Assembly: GCA_046594225.1 (NCBI GenBank)
Contig: JBKJPW010000116.1
Span: 4,035-68,034 of the forward strand
Length of the DNA: 64,000 nt
From: Bacteroidia bacterium
GTDB taxonomy: Bacteria; Bacteroidota; Bacteroidia; B-17B0; Aurantibacillaceae
Reading direction: 5' to 3'
A model generated the notes under the pieces. The model was given only the letters and a program-made list of their open reading frames with translations, was not told the origin of the DNA and searched no databases. This document shows, piece by piece, positions 47,789-56,984 of the stretch (position 1 is the first letter of the stretch; the number at the start of each line of letters is the position of its first letter). The position numbers were made by a program, and so were the translations under genes.

Positions 47789-50304
47789 AAACATACCTCA
47801 TTTACATATTTACTCTATGCCACGTGTTTTTGTTTTCTCAAAGCAACAGTATCGAGTTAAATTGTAGTTGGCAGTTCAAAAAATTAGGTACAGATACATA
47901 TTATCCTGCTCAAGTTCCTGGAACTGTTCATACAGATTTATTACATAACAAATTAATCGAAAATCCTTTCTTAAAAGACAATGAAAAAGGTTTACAGTGG
48001 ATTGAAAATGAAGATTGGGAGTATGTAGGAACATTTACATGTAATGACCTAACTTTAAAAAATAAACACATCGAATTAAATTTTGAAGGTTTAGATACAT
48101 ACGCAAAAGTGTTTTTAAACGAAACTCAAATTTTAGAATGTAACAATATGTTTCGTTCTTGGAATATAGATGTAAAAAAATACTTAAGAACTGGAGAAAA
48201 TACATTAAAAATCATTTTTGAATCTGCTATAAAAAAAGGAAAAACTGAAGCAGGGAAATTATCTTATACTTTGCCTGGCGATGAAAAAGTATTTACTCGT
48301 AAAGCACAGTACCAATACGGATGGGACTGGGGACCGCGTTTTGTTACTTGTGGTATTTACAATCCGATTAAATTAAAATACTGGAATGACGTGAGTGTTC
48401 TTTCTGTCAATCCTATTATTAAAACTTTAAATGATTCTTTAGCTAATATTGTTTTCGTGGTAACAACAAAATGTGACACCTCAATTTCGGGAAGAGTAAA
48501 TATAAACACCTATCATGGCGAAGTAAATATTGCTAAACTTCAATACAACAATAATTACCCACTAAACTTAAAAAAGGGAATTAATGTAGATACTTTTTAC
48601 TATACCATTCATAATCCTAAATTATGGAATAGTAATGGTTTGGGTGAAGCTCACTTATATGGTTATGATGTCAATCTTCGTTATAATGGAATAGCTATCA
48701 ACCATTATGGAACAATAGGTTTAAGAACTATAGAATTAGTTCAAGAGAAAGATTCCACTGGAAAAGGTTTTTACTTTAAACTAAATGGAAAAGCTGTTTT
48801 TATGAAGGGGGCAAATTATATTCCTCAAGATAATTTTGTCTCTCGAACAACAAAATTGGATTACAAAAAAATAATTCAAATGGCAAAAGACGCTAACATG
48901 AATATGTTACGGGTTTGGGGTGGTGGGGTTTACCCCAATGATGGATTTTATAAAGAATGCGATAGAAACGGTATTTTAGTATGGCAAGATTTTATGTTTG
49001 CTTGTGCCATGTACCCTGGAGATTCTGGTTTTGTAGAAAACGTAAAACAAGAGGTAACGCAACAAATAATACGTTTGCGAAATCATCCCTGTTTAGCTTT
49101 ATGGTGTGGAAATAACGAAATTGATGAAGGTTGGCACAACTGGGGTTGGCAAAAACAATATAAATATTCAAAAAAAGATTCTGCAAAAATTTGGAATGAC
49201 TATCAACATTTATTTCAAAAAACAATTCCTGAAATAGTAAAACAAATGAATCCTCAGATAAACTATTGGTCATCTTCTCCTTCCATTGGATGGGGACATA
49301 AAGAAAGTTTACTCCAAGGTGACTCTCATTATTGGGGTGTTTGGTGGGGAATGGAACCATTTGATGTTTACGAAAAAAAAGTTGGACGTTTTATGAGTGA
49401 ATATGGTTTTCAAGGAATGCCTGATATGAATACTTTTAAAACATTTTGTGATAGTAATGAACTTAATCTAAATTCTAAATCTGTGAAAGCGCATCAAAAA
49501 CATCCTACAGGTTATCAAACCATTCAAACCTATATGGAACGCAGTTATAAGATTCCTTCTGATTTTAGAAAGTATAATTATGTTTCTCAACTATTGCAAA
49601 GAGACGGTATGAAAATAGCCATAGAAGCACATCGTAGAGCAAAACCATATTGCATGGGGACCTTATATTGGCAATTAAATGATTGTTGGCCAGTAACTTC
49701 ATGGAGTGCAATTGATTATTACAATAGACCAAAATCTTTATACTATGAAACCAAAAAATTATATAACGACCTAAGTATATCTGTAAAAGAAGAAAAAAAT
49801 GAATACCATGTTTTTATTATATCAGATAAACAAAGTGACATAAAAGGAATTTTAACTGTATCAATTAAGAACATGAAGGGCCACGTGTTATATACTAATA
49901 CAAACGATATAACCCTTTCTGCAAATGAAAGTAAAGTGTGTTTTAAAATAAATAAAACAGATATAGAGGCTTTTACAAAAAATGAAATTTATTTATCAGG
50001 TGAACTAATAGATGCTAAAGGCAAAACACTTAGTAAACACTTCAAATGTTTTGTAAAACCAAAAGAATTGAATTTACAGGCGCCTGAAGTAAGTCTAAGC
50101 TTCTCTAAAGAAAAGAATTGTTTGCTTGTCTCTAGTAAAACATTTGTTAAAGATTTGTATTTATATTCTAACAATGCTGATATTACTTTTTCTGAAAATT
50201 ATATAGATATAGAGCCAAATCAAACTATTGAAATAAAAACAAACATAGGAATGGAATTATACAAGCAAATACAATACATTTCTCTTTACGACATTAATCA
50301 TTAA
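47785..50304 (+). CDS. Beta-mannosidase (GH2)
   Basis: TTG start overlapping the cutC TGA. Signal peptide IYIFTLCHVFLFSQ. W.F....YPA.VPG.VH.DL, RKAQY.YGWDWGP, GANYIP.D, R.WGGG.Y, WCGNNE (acid/base E), SEYGFQ (nucleophile E). Confidence 0.9.
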   Translation: MKTYLIYIFTLCHVFLFSQSNSIELNCSWQFKKLGTDTYYPAQVPGTVHTDLLHNKLIENPFLKDNEKGLQWIENEDWEYVGTFTCNDLTLKNKHIELNFEGLDTYAKVFLNETQILECNNMFRSWNIDVKKYLRTGENTLKIIFESAIKKGKTEAGKLSYTLPGDEKVFTRKAQYQYGWDWGPRFVTCGIYNPIKLKYWNDVSVLSVNPIIKTLNDSLANIVFVVTTKCDTSISGRVNINTYHGEVNIAKLQYNNNYPLNLKKGINVDTFYYTIHNPKLWNSNGLGEAHLYGYDVNLRYNGIAINHYGTIGLRTIELVQEKDSTGKGFYFKLNGKAVFMKGANYIPQDNFVSRTTKLDYKKIIQMAKDANMNMLRVWGGGVYPNDGFYKECDRNGILVWQDFMFACAMYPGDSGFVENVKQEVTQQIIRLRNHPCLALWCGNNEIDEGWHNWGWQKQYKYSKKDSAKIWNDYQHLFQKTIPEIVKQMNPQINYWSSSPSIGWGHKESLLQGDSHYWGVWWGMEPFDVYEKKVGRFMSEYGFQGMPDMNTFKTFCDSNELNLNSKSVKAHQKHPTGYQTIQTYMERSYKIPSDFRKYNYVSQLLQRDGMKIAIEAHRRAKPYCMGTLYWQLNDCWPVTSWSAIDYYNRPKSLYYETKKLYNDLSISVKEEKNEYHVFIISDKQSDIKGILTVSIKNMKGHVLYTNTNDITLSANESKVCFKINKTDIEAFTKNEIYLSGELIDAKGKTLSKHFKCFVKPKELNLQAPEVSLSFSKEKNCLLVSSKTFVKDLYLYSNNADITFSENYIDIEPNQTIEIKTNIGMELYKQIQYISLYDINH

Positions 50305-50332
50305 AAACAATTATTCCGTATTTTTATATATT

Positions 50333-53254
50333 ATGAAGTCTCTTTATGTTTTAATATTTACTATCATTTTCTCTAACCTGTTTGCTCAAACAAAATTTGC
50401 GCATTATGTTAATCCATTTATTGGTACTGGCGGTGCTGGGCATACATTTCCAGGAGCTGTTGTGCCTTTTGGAATGGTTCAACTAAGTCCAGACACACGT
50501 ATTGATGGAAGTTGGGAAGGCTGTGGCGGATACCATTATACTGACTCTTTGATTTATGGATTTACACACACGCATTTAAGTGGCACAGGTGTAAGCGACT
50601 ATGGCGATATTTTAATTATGCCAACACTTCAACAAAGTAATTTCAAAAACAAAACACATGCTTCGACATTTTCACACTTAAAAGAAAAAGCGAGTGCTGG
50701 GTTTTATGAAGTAACGCTTAACAATACTATCAATGTAAAATTAACTGCTACCGAACGAGTAGGAATTCATCAATATTCCTTTCCAAAAATGGATACTGCA
50801 ACTATTGTTCTGGATTTATTACATAGAGATAAAACATTGAATTGCTCTTTAACTATTATAGACAGTGTAACTGTTATTGGCTATCGCATTAGCGAGGCTT
50901 GGGCCAACGAACAGCATGTATATTATATCATCCAATTTAACAAGCCAATTATTCACAAACAATTAAATAAACAAAATCTTTCAAAAGGGATTTCTGAAAA
51001 AGAAAAAACAGTTGGTGCTTATTTTCAATTTGATAATCGCGATGGCAAACCCTTATTAATTAAAGTAGGAATATCTCAAACAAGTACAGATGGCGCCAAA
51101 TTAAATTTAGAAACAGAAGCTACGCACTGGGATTTTGAGAAATACAAACAAGATGCGGAAACTAAATGGGAAAAAGAATTATCAAAAATTGAAATTGATA
51201 CTAAAGACAGCGAAAAAAAGATAATTTTTTATACGGCGCTTTATCATTGTTTTACACATCCATCTTTAGCTGGCGATGTAGATGGAAAATATAGAGGACG
51301 AGATTTAAAAGTACACAAAGCTAATGGCTTTACTCCTTACACCGTATTTTCTTTATGGGATACATTCAGAGGCTTACATCCTTTATTCACAATCATTGAA
51401 CAAAAACGAACGACTGATATTATCAATACATTTTTACAACAACATAAAGAAAGCGGCCGTTTACCAATGTGGGAACTATCAGCCAACGAAACTAATTGCA
51501 TGATTGCTTTTCATAGTGTTTCTGTAATTGCTGATGCCATGACTAAAGGCATCGGTGGTTATGATAAAAATGGAATTTACGAAGCGATGTTAGCTGCGTC
51601 TAATTATACCAATTTGAGCATTCCAACATTTAATAAAAATAATTACCTACAAATAGATGACGAATCAGAAAGTGTTTCTAAAACATTAGAGTACGCTTAC
51701 GATAATTGGTGTATAGCGCAAGTTGCTAAAAAACTAAATAAAACAGCAGATTACAATGTGTATATGAAACGCGCCCAAGCCTATAAAAATGTATTTGATA
51801 AACAAACTGGCTTTATGCGCCCTCGTAAAAATGGTAATTGGTTATCACCTTTCGAGCCAAGAGAAGTTAACAATCATTATACCGAAGCCAATAGTTGGCA
51901 ATATTCTTTTTTTGTACCACAAGATGTTTCGGGACTAATTAATTTAATGGGCGGAGAAAATAAATTTGAGCAAAAACTGGATGAACTATTTAGTGCCAAT
52001 AGTGCTACTGAAGGTAGAACGCAAGCTGACATTACGGGTTTAATTGGTCAGTACGCTCATGGTAACGAACCTAGTCATCATATGGTATACTTATACAATT
52101 ATGTTGGTAAGCCACAAAAAACTCAAGAAAAAGTACATCAAATACTAACTGAGTTTTACAAAAACAATCCAGATGGATTAATTGGTAACGAAGACTGCGG
52201 GCAAATGAGTGCCTGGTATGTATTAAGTTCTATGGGCATTTATCAAGTATGTCCTGGAAAACCTGAATATACTATTGGCTCGCCCTTATTTGATAATGTA
52301 AAAATACATTTAGAAAATGGAAAAACATTTGAAATCTTAAAACAAAATTCATCCGATAAATTTCAATACATACAAGCGTCAAAATTGAATGGAAAAATTT
52401 CTAATAATTCTATATTATCACATAGCACTATAGTTGCTGGCGGTAAATTAGAAATTAGCTTACAAGAAAAATTAGATGAAAAAAATATGTTTGGTAAATC
52501 TGTTAAACTTCGTCCTTCAACATCTATTACCGCCAAACAAATTATTCAAGTTCCTGTTATTATTACCCCTGCAAAGTTAACTGATCTCGAAAAAACAATC
52601 AGTATTGAGCATCCTGATAATAAAGTAAAGCTTTTTTACACCCTAGATGGGACTGAACCAACCCAAAAATCAAAAATATACACTGGTTCTTTTTCAAGCG
52701 ATTCCTCAATTACCATAAAAGCTAAAGCCTATTTAGGTTTGGAGAGTAGTTCAGTAACAACAGCAAACGCTTACCGAAAACCAAATAATTGGAAGATAAA
52801 TATACAAAGTCAGTACAGTAAACAATATGATGCTGGTGGAGACGAAGGCATCATTGATGGACAACATGCAACCACTAATTGGCGAAGTGGCGGATGGCAG
52901 GGCTACCAAGGTCAGGATTTTAATTGCATTGTAGATTTAGGTAAAGTAACTCTCATACAATATGTAACGGCTGAGTTTTTACAAGACACTCGTGCTTGGA
53001 TTCTTTATCCAAAGCAGGTAAGTTATGAGATTTCTGAAGACGGCATTAATTACAAACCATTTGGCATCATAGAGAATGGCGTTGCCGCAGATGATTACGA
53101 TTTACAAATGCGCACATTTTATAATAATAACACGGTTAAAATTAATGCGCGATATGTTAAAATAAAAGCGACAAATTTTGGCAAATTACCAGATTGGCAT
53201 CAAGGAAATGGGGGCGATGCTTACATTTTTGTTGATGAAATTGAGGTAAGATAA
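50333..53254 (+). CDS. GH92 alpha-mannosidase (alpha-1,2-mannosidase-like) with C-terminal chitobiase-C-like and discoidin modules
   Basis: Signal peptide. YVNPFIGTGG.GHTFPGA..PFGMVQLSPDT, GF.HTHLSGTG, SLWDT.R..HPL, HGNEPSHH, NEDCGQMSAWYV. The tail has LFYTLDGTEPT followed by a discoidin-like end ...YIFVDEIEV. Confidence 0.9.
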   Translation: MKSLYVLIFTIIFSNLFAQTKFAHYVNPFIGTGGAGHTFPGAVVPFGMVQLSPDTRIDGSWEGCGGYHYTDSLIYGFTHTHLSGTGVSDYGDILIMPTLQQSNFKNKTHASTFSHLKEKASAGFYEVTLNNTINVKLTATERVGIHQYSFPKMDTATIVLDLLHRDKTLNCSLTIIDSVTVIGYRISEAWANEQHVYYIIQFNKPIIHKQLNKQNLSKGISEKEKTVGAYFQFDNRDGKPLLIKVGISQTSTDGAKLNLETEATHWDFEKYKQDAETKWEKELSKIEIDTKDSEKKIIFYTALYHCFTHPSLAGDVDGKYRGRDLKVHKANGFTPYTVFSLWDTFRGLHPLFTIIEQKRTTDIINTFLQQHKESGRLPMWELSANETNCMIAFHSVSVIADAMTKGIGGYDKNGIYEAMLAASNYTNLSIPTFNKNNYLQIDDESESVSKTLEYAYDNWCIAQVAKKLNKTADYNVYMKRAQAYKNVFDKQTGFMRPRKNGNWLSPFEPREVNNHYTEANSWQYSFFVPQDVSGLINLMGGENKFEQKLDELFSANSATEGRTQADITGLIGQYAHGNEPSHHMVYLYNYVGKPQKTQEKVHQILTEFYKNNPDGLIGNEDCGQMSAWYVLSSMGIYQVCPGKPEYTIGSPLFDNVKIHLENGKTFEILKQNSSDKFQYIQASKLNGKISNNSILSHSTIVAGGKLEISLQEKLDEKNMFGKSVKLRPSTSITAKQIIQVPVIITPAKLTDLEKTISIEHPDNKVKLFYTLDGTEPTQKSKIYTGSFSSDSSITIKAKAYLGLESSSVTTANAYRKPNNWKINIQSQYSKQYDAGGDEGIIDGQHATTNWRSGGWQGYQGQDFNCIVDLGKVTLIQYVTAEFLQDTRAWILYPKQVSYEISEDGINYKPFGIIENGVAADDYDLQMRTFYNNNTVKINARYVKIKATNFGKLPDWHQGNGGDAYIFVDEIEVR

Positions 53255-53290
53255 ATAGGTTATATTAAAAAATAATTTTTATTTAGCATT

Positions 53291-54517
53291 ATGTTAAAAC
53301 TGGCCTCAGTACTTATTTTTATTAGCACTTTAAGCATTGCTCAACCCAAACTAGGTATTTGGAGAGGTTTGCTTTTATTAAATCCTGAACAACAAATTGA
53401 ACTCCCTTTTAATTTTGAAATAAAAAGCATAAAAGGCAAGCGTCAATTAATTATTCATAATGCGCAAGAACAAATTGTGGTTGATGAAATAAAATTTAAA
53501 AAAGATTCCTTTAATTTTAAGATGCCTATTTTTGATACTGAATTTAAAACTAAATTAATCGGCGACTCTATCTTAACTGGACTTTGGATCAATCATACTA
53601 AAAAAGAAAATAATACAATTGCATTTACTGCAAAGCATGGAGACACTAAACGCTTTGCTTTTGTTCCCGGAAAACCAAACACCTTTTATGAAGGGAAATG
53701 GGAAGTAAGTTTTAGTCCAGGCACTACAGATAGCTCTAAAGCTATTGGCATGTTTACACATGCAAATGGTAGTGCTTATGTATATGGAACCTTTTTAACC
53801 GAGACGGGGGATTATCGTTATCTGGATGGCATGATGCATAACGGTAAATTGTATTTAAGTTGCTTTGATGGTTCACATGCCTTTTTATTTATTGCCGAAA
53901 ACAATGGAACAGAAATTACTAAAGGCGATTTTTACTCAGGCTCTACATGGCACGAGAACTGGATTGCCAAACGTAATGACAAATTTGAATTACACAATCC
54001 TGAAAGTTTAACTTATTTAAAAAATCCTAACGAAGAAATCAGCTTTTCGTTTTATAATGCTAAAAACGAAAAAATAAGTTTAAGTGATCCTAAGTACAAA
54101 AACAAAGCAGTGATTGTTCAAATTATGGGAAGCTGGTGCCCTAACTGCATGGACGAAAGCGCTTATTTATCTAAGGTTTACAAACAATACAACAAACAAG
54201 GTTTAGAAATTATTGCTTTAGCTTACGAAAGAACATCGGATGCTGAGCGCGCAAAAACAAATTTAACTCGCTTGACTAAACGTTTTGATATTGGCTACGA
54301 TATATTGTTAACTGGATTAACTGGCAAAGATAAAGCCTCTGAAAGTTTGCCGTTTTTAAATGGCGTGATGGCTTTTCCAACTACTATCTTTTTAGATGCT
54401 AATCATGTGGTTAAATCTGTTTACACAGGATTTAGCGGCCCAGCAACTGGTAAAGCATACCAAGACTATACTTTGAAAACAGAGAAGTTGATTAGCGAGT
54501 TGCTTTCTAAGAAATAA
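53291..54517 (+). CDS. TlpA/redoxin-family thiol-disulfide oxidoreductase with a large N-terminal domain of unknown function
   Basis: Signal peptide. The C-terminal thioredoxin fold carries the GSWCPNC active site, preceded by KNKAVIVQIM. Confidence 0.75.
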   Translation: MLKLASVLIFISTLSIAQPKLGIWRGLLLLNPEQQIELPFNFEIKSIKGKRQLIIHNAQEQIVVDEIKFKKDSFNFKMPIFDTEFKTKLIGDSILTGLWINHTKKENNTIAFTAKHGDTKRFAFVPGKPNTFYEGKWEVSFSPGTTDSSKAIGMFTHANGSAYVYGTFLTETGDYRYLDGMMHNGKLYLSCFDGSHAFLFIAENNGTEITKGDFYSGSTWHENWIAKRNDKFELHNPESLTYLKNPNEEISFSFYNAKNEKISLSDPKYKNKAVIVQIMGSWCPNCMDESAYLSKVYKQYNKQGLEIIALAYERTSDAERAKTNLTRLTKRFDIGYDILLTGLTGKDKASESLPFLNGVMAFPTTIFLDANHVVKSVYTGFSGPATGKAYQDYTLKTEKLISELLSKK

Positions 54518-54527
54518 TCTTCGAAAA

Positions 54528-55066
54528 ATGAAACGCTTTATCCTTGCTCTTTTAATCATTACACCCTACTTAACAAAAGCCCAAGGCCATACAATCGGAA
54601 TTGGAGCAGGCATTGATCTGTTTGGGCTTTCAGCAAACGTAAACTACCAATACACTTATAAACTATTAAATATCAAAACTAAAATAGCATATATACCACA
54701 AGGATTGTATTACATTCCTAACAAAAGTTTCGTCAACGATTATTACCTCGGCATACAAACACAAGAAGGAAAAAAAGTAATATTGTCTATAAATACCGGC
54801 ATTACACTACTGCATGTTCCAATTCAAAATTATTACAGTGAAATATCCGACCAGGTAAATCCTATACAGAATTTTAATTTTTATTCTCTATAAATCCGCA
54901 ACACCGCATTACAATAGATCTATCAATGTCCCCCTACAGTTCTACAATTTTCTCTAAATATGGTGGAACAAAACATAACGGGTTACGTTTAACGTTTGAA
55001 GTTGGCTATTCATACAGATTCAAACAAAAACATAAAAGTGAAATAGTAAGAGAAAAGGCCGATTAA
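54528..55066 (+). pseudogene. Small outer-membrane beta-barrel protein split by a frameshift in an A/T homopolymer region
   Basis: Frame 1 (54528-54893) reads signal peptide MKRFILALLIITPYLTKAQ ... NPIQNFNFYSL*. A second frame, open from 54878 to the TAA at 55064-55066, reads FLFSINPQHRITIDLSMSPYSSTIFSKYGGTKHNGLRLTFEVGYSYRFKQKHK.... That is a typical terminal beta-strand ending in an aromatic residue. The second frame has no start codon of its own. Confidence 0.55.
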
Positions 55067-56262
55067 TAAAATAAATTATTGTAAGGGAAACGAATCACAT
55101 GAACTTTCTTCACAGTATCGTATACTAGCTTTTTAAAATCAACAATATTGTCTTTGTTTTTTGCGCTGATATAAACACAGGTTTGATCTAAGTTTGTCAT
55201 CCAGGTTTTTTTCAATTCATCTAGTGATAAATTTTCTCTGGTAACAGGCGTTAAATCATCTTCGTCTTTTTTTACGTATTTAAACGCGTCAATTTTATTA
55301 AATACCAAAATGGTTTCTTTATCCCCCGCCCCAATGTCAATCAAGGTTTGACGAACCACATTAATATGGTCTTCAAAATTAGGATGAGAAATATCAACCA
55401 CGTGTAATAAAATATCTGCTTCGCGCACTTCATCCAAGGTGCTTTTAAAACTCTCTACTAATTGCGTTGGCAGTTTTCTAATAAACCCAACTGTGTCACA
55501 TAACAAGAAAAATAAATTATCAATGGTTACTTTACGTACCGTTGTATCCAATGTGGCAAATAATTTATTTTCAGCAAACACTTCACTCTTACTAATCATG
55601 TTCATGATGGTAGATTTACCAACATTAGTATAACCTACTAAAGCAACACGTACAAACTCTCCACGATTTTTACGTTGAGTAGCCATTTGTTTGTCAATCA
55701 CTTTTAAATCTTCTTTTAGTTGAGCGATTTTATCACGCGCAATACGTCTATCCGTTTCAATTTCTTTCTCCCCTGCTCCGCCACGAGTCCCTGTGCCGCC
55801 ACGTTGACGTTCTAAGTGAGTCCACATACCTGTTAGGCGAGGTAACAAGTATTGTAATTGCGCTAACTCAACTTGAGTTTTAGCATGGGCAGTTTGTGCC
55901 CGTTGCGAAAATATTTCTAGAATCAAAGTGGTTCTATCTAATATTCTTGTCGCTAATTCTTTTTCTAAATTACGTTGTTGCGAAGGCGACAACTCATCAT
56001 CAAAAATAACAACCGTTATTTTGTTTTCTTTGATATACGTTTTAACATCGCTTAATTTTCCTTTACCTAAAAAGGTTGCTTTATCTGGTCGCTCTAACTT
56101 TTGCGTAAATACTTTTTTAGTTTCAACACCGTATGTCATCGCCAAAAAAGCTAATTCATCTAAATATTCAAATGATAAAGCTTCGTTTTGTCGTTTATTA
56201 ATAACACCAATTAAAACTGCTGTTTGTGCTTGTGTTTCGGTAGAATGCAGATTCTGTTTCAA
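55063..56262 (-). CDS. hflX: GTPase HflX
   Basis: HflX N-domain (ELA.LA.T.G, RILDRT.LIL.IF..RA.T..AK.QVELAQL.Y..PRL). G-domain VALVGYTN.GKST, DTVGFI..LP..L..AF..TL, NKID. Confidence 0.9.
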   Translation of the reverse strand: MKQNLHSTETQAQTAVLIGVINKRQNEALSFEYLDELAFLAMTYGVETKKVFTQKLERPDKATFLGKGKLSDVKTYIKENKITVVIFDDELSPSQQRNLEKELATRILDRTTLILEIFSQRAQTAHAKTQVELAQLQYLLPRLTGMWTHLERQRGGTGTRGGAGEKEIETDRRIARDKIAQLKEDLKVIDKQMATQRKNRGEFVRVALVGYTNVGKSTIMNMISKSEVFAENKLFATLDTTVRKVTIDNLFFLLCDTVGFIRKLPTQLVESFKSTLDEVREADILLHVVDISHPNFEDHINVVRQTLIDIGAGDKETILVFNKIDAFKYVKKDEDDLTPVTRENLSLDELKKTWMTNLDQTCVYISAKNKDNIVDFKKLVYDTVKKVHVIRFPYNNLFY

Positions 56263-56268
56263 TGTGTA

Positions 56269-56874
56269 TTATTTCCCTTTTAAATCCGATTCAATATATG
56301 AAGCCACTGCTTCAATTTGTTCAGTTGTTAAAGCATCTTTGTATGGTGCCATTGTGTTTTTACCGTTCGCAATAATGTCAACAATACCAGCGTGCGGTAA
56401 TTGAGTTATGGATAAATCTTTTGCTCCACTAACGCCTAACTTACCATTATCACCATGACACAAAGTACATTTTTCTTCAAAAATTTGTTTGCCATTTACT
56501 GCCACAATTTTTTCACCAGCTTTAGCGTCTTTTGATTTATAGGCTAAAGAAAAAGATACGACAATAAAGAAAAAAGATAATGTAGCTAATATTTTGTTTT
56601 TCTTTTTAAAACCAACAACTGCTAAAGGGATAGATGCAAATACTAATACTAGTTTGATAATCATAAATTTATTAATCTCTGGGGCCTGAGTCATTAAAAA
56701 GATTCCAGTAGCTAAAAAACCAAAGCTGACAATCATTTCTGTCACTTTTGTTTTCTTTTTAAATTTCTCCAATAATTCTTCTTTATCACTTAATAATAAA
56801 ATAGTTTTTATTAAATAGATTAATGTAAATAACACCACAAATAAGGTGTGGGAATGAAGCATGCCTGTTGCCAT
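56269..56874 (-). CDS. Membrane-anchored class I c-type cytochrome (4 TM helices + C-terminal heme-binding domain)
   Basis: Four N-terminal hydrophobic helices, then CTLCHGDNG (CxxCH) and a distal NGKNTMAPY (Met ligand context). Confidence 0.75.
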   Translation of the reverse strand: MATGMLHSHTLFVVLFTLIYLIKTILLLSDKEELLEKFKKKTKVTEMIVSFGFLATGIFLMTQAPEINKFMIIKLVLVFASIPLAVVGFKKKNKILATLSFFFIVVSFSLAYKSKDAKAGEKIVAVNGKQIFEEKCTLCHGDNGKLGVSGAKDLSITQLPHAGIVDIIANGKNTMAPYKDALTTEQIEAVASYIESDLKGK

Positions 56875-56958
56875 TGTTTTAATTTTAGTTAGCTCAAAAT
56901 TAACAATTTATCTTTAAATAAATACTCCAAACTAATTTTTATAAATAAGCTATAATAC

Positions 56959-56966
56959 TATATTTG
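56959..56966 (+). promoter_or_regulatory. Bacteroidota-type -7 box (TATATTTG)
   Basis: Exact TAnnTTTG match 18 nt upstream of the ATG at 56985. It overlaps the track's TTG start at 56964, which argues for the ATG. Confidence 0.35.
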
Positions 56967-56984
56967 TTATACCTAAAATATATT

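Noticed and set aside
41964-54517. The glycan gene cluster as a canonical polysaccharide utilisation locus
   Set aside because: No SusC-like TonB-dependent transporter or SusD-like lipoprotein is encoded here. It is reported as a SusC/D-less catabolic operon instead.
55928-56404. Antisense ORFs such as 55928-56404, 34183-34551, 48992-49360, 57896-58246, 10864-11178, 37050-37349, 17833-18117 and 46041-46286
   Set aside because: Each lies opposite a well-supported gene with clear family motifs. Their translations are low-complexity and have no recognisable domains.
56964-56984. The TTG start at 56964 for the amidohydrolase
   Set aside because: The proposed start lies inside a perfect TATATTTG -7 box. 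The ATG at 56985 gives a clean signal peptide (MRKLLLLLSTVF...).
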